The notes under the pieces: model-generated
Told to the model about the DNA's origin: nothing
Seen by the model: only the letters and a program-made list of their open reading frames with translations
The model's database searches: none
Made by a program: the position numbers and the translations under genes
Shown: positions 62,245-64,000 of the stretch, one piece after another
How positions within the stretch are numbered: position 1 is the stretch's first letter
Layout of the letters: every line of letters starts with the position of its first letter
Assembly: GCA_002497245.1 (NCBI GenBank)
Contig: DANB01000011.1
Coordinates: forward strand, 60,612-124,611
Direction: 5' to 3'
DNA from: Euryarchaeota archaeon UBA439
Lineage (GTDB): Archaea; Thermoplasmatota; Poseidoniia; Poseidoniales; Thalassarchaeaceae
Length of the DNA stretch: 64,000 nt

Positions 62245-63429
62245 ATGGGAAAGCGTTGGATAGTGATTCTGATTATTGTTGGCTTGGTCCTTTCAGGTTG
62301 CATAGGAGATGAGTTTCTAGACATGGATAATGATGGTATAGAGGATAGTGAAGATTTAGATAGAGATGGAGACGGTTGGGAAAATCTAATTGAAATTGAT
62401 TGTAATAGTAATCCAGATAATTCAGAAGAAATGCCTAATGATCTAGACGGCGATACAATCTGCGACACTTTGGATGAAGATATAGATGGAGATGACTTGC
62501 CGAATGACTGGGAATCAGAAAGAGGTCTTGACCCACTAGATCAGAATGACACTATTATTTGCCATGGATTGTCAAAATACTGTTTAAGAAACTATGATAA
62601 TTTTACATTTCCTGAGACGCACAATGCTTTTGCTACATCAGAAGATGGTGTAATTCTTGGGACTAATCACTATACTGGACTTCAAGCTCAATGGGATGGA
62701 GGAATTAGAGCATTTATGGTGGATGCACATCATCTAAGTGATGATGAAACTGAGGCAGAAGATGTAAGATTCTGTCATGGTTCTCCTGGTCAGTTCCCAC
62801 ACCCATGTGCGTATTCTGAAGTAGATGCATTTGAGTGGTTATCTCTTCTAAATTCACAAATGAATTTAACTGATGAGAATTGTTCATTTGTATGTGGAGA
62901 GGTTGTATCAATACTAGTTGAAAACTATGTTCCTGCAGATCATCTAGAGTTTTTATTTAATCAAACTGGGATTTTAGAAAGAGTATTTATTCATCAATTA
63001 GGAGAACCTTGGCCTTCAATAGGAGACATGATTCTACAAAAAAAGGATGTGGTTATATATGTTCAGAATGATTACAATGAAAGTTATCCGTATTTCCATC
63101 CCGCATGGAAGCACAGTTGGGATACTCCATATGGTCAACAAGATAAAGAAGAAATGACATGCGAATTGGGGAGAGGGGATTCAAGTCAACCTGTTTGGCA
63201 TCTAAGCCATTGGTTGAGTAGTATATTTGGTACAGCAGATCCTTACAAGGCTCATGAGATAAATGAGTATGATTTTTTACTAAATCGTACTATAGAATGT
63301 TGGGAAATTATGGATAGAAGACCTACATTTGTAGCCGTTGATTATTGGGAAGATGGTGAAATAACAAATGTAACAATCACATTAAACAAGATGGAAAATT
63401 GGGATGATGAAATACCTCCACATCCATAA
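62245..63429 (+). CDS. Lipoprotein with Ca-binding (TSP3-like) repeats and a PI-PLC-like phosphodiesterase domain
   Basis: Lipobox LSGC, DxDxDG repeats, THNAF, GIRAFMVD.H, FCH and RPTFVAVDYW motifs. Confidence 0.78.
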   Translation: MGKRWIVILIIVGLVLSGCIGDEFLDMDNDGIEDSEDLDRDGDGWENLIEIDCNSNPDNSEEMPNDLDGDTICDTLDEDIDGDDLPNDWESERGLDPLDQNDTIICHGLSKYCLRNYDNFTFPETHNAFATSEDGVILGTNHYTGLQAQWDGGIRAFMVDAHHLSDDETEAEDVRFCHGSPGQFPHPCAYSEVDAFEWLSLLNSQMNLTDENCSFVCGEVVSILVENYVPADHLEFLFNQTGILERVFIHQLGEPWPSIGDMILQKKDVVIYVQNDYNESYPYFHPAWKHSWDTPYGQQDKEEMTCELGRGDSSQPVWHLSHWLSSIFGTADPYKAHEINEYDFLLNRTIECWEIMDRRPTFVAVDYWEDGEITNVTITLNKMENWDDEIPPHP

Positions 63430-63488
63430 ATTGTATAATTAAAGTTGATTTCTAATTCGTTGGGTTTTCTAGATAGAACGTTGTCGAT

Positions 63489-64000
63489 ATGGGTATGGAA
63501 GGGGCAGCAATAGAAATTCTGCACCCGAAAGTTAGAGAATTAATATCCAAGTTGGGTTGGAATCTGACACCTATTCAAGAAGAAGCAATTATTGATTTAT
63601 GTGCAGGAAAAAATAGGCTATTAGTTGCGCCAACAGGAAGTGGCAAAACCGAAGCCGCAATATTGCCAGTAATTTCAAGAGCGATTAATGAAAATTGGGA
63701 AGGTTTGTCAATTCTATATGTTACTCCACTAAGGGCATTAAACAGAGATATTGATAGAAGACTGTCCACAATGTTGGAACCTCTTGGATTAACTGTTGGT
63801 TTAAGACACGGAGATACTACTCAAAAAGAAAGAACAAGGCAATCAAAAAATCCTCCAAATTTATTAGTTACTACACCAGAAACTACACAAATAATGATGC
63901 TCGGAAGTAGATTAAGAAAACATCTTTCAGGTGTTAAAGTCATAATTCTAGATGAAATACATGATTTGGCTGGAAGTGAAAGAGGTTCGCAGTTAATGGT
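63489..64000 (+). CDS. lhr: Lhr-like DEAD/DEAH-box helicase, 3' end beyond window
   Basis: Not in ORF track. Manual translation: MGMEGAAIEILHP...TPIQ...APTGSGKTEAA...YVTPLRALNRDI...RHGDT...TTPET...DEIH...ERG. Confidence 0.88.
   Translation, partial: MGMEGAAIEILHPKVRELISKLGWNLTPIQEEAIIDLCAGKNRLLVAPTGSGKTEAAILPVISRAINENWEGLSILYVTPLRALNRDIDRRLSTMLEPLGLTVGLRHGDTTQKERTRQSKNPPNLLVTTPETTQIMMLGSRLRKHLSGVKVIILDEIHDLAGSERGSQLM

Overview
AT-rich, very gene-dense archaeal chromosomal segment. The gene set (MC1 chromatin protein, DUF6015, Hjc, CDC48/VAT, thermosome plus DnaK, Bud32, TtuA, bacterial-type ThrRS, large acidic secreted proteins) points to Thermoplasmatota, most likely Marine Group II (Poseidoniales); this is inference. 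It holds about 52 CDS (two cut by the window ends) and one tRNA-Gly(GCC). I saw no rRNA, CRISPR array, integrase or transposase. The most striking locus is 4.2-11.2 kb. It encodes a short BoxB-type diiron aryl-CoA epoxidase next to a half-size single-domain BoxC-like crotonase, an unknown protein, a 3-hydroxyacyl-CoA dehydrogenase, two more crotonases and an aldehyde dehydrogenase. Together these suggest a minimal archaeal aerobic CoA-dependent ring-cleavage system with no BoxA reductase in the window. Other oddities: a cysteine-free Mrp/Nbp35 whose Fe-S CxxC motif is replaced by an Ig-like insert, a tRNA-Gly with A1-U72, a TrhO-like tRNA hydroxylase, a eukaryote-like CTP synthase, a mycobacterial Sdh1-type succinate dehydrogenase, and degenerate thermosome and macrodomain motifs. 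All family assignments come from motifs recognised by eye; no searches were run. Many start codons were adjusted from the ORF track by eye.
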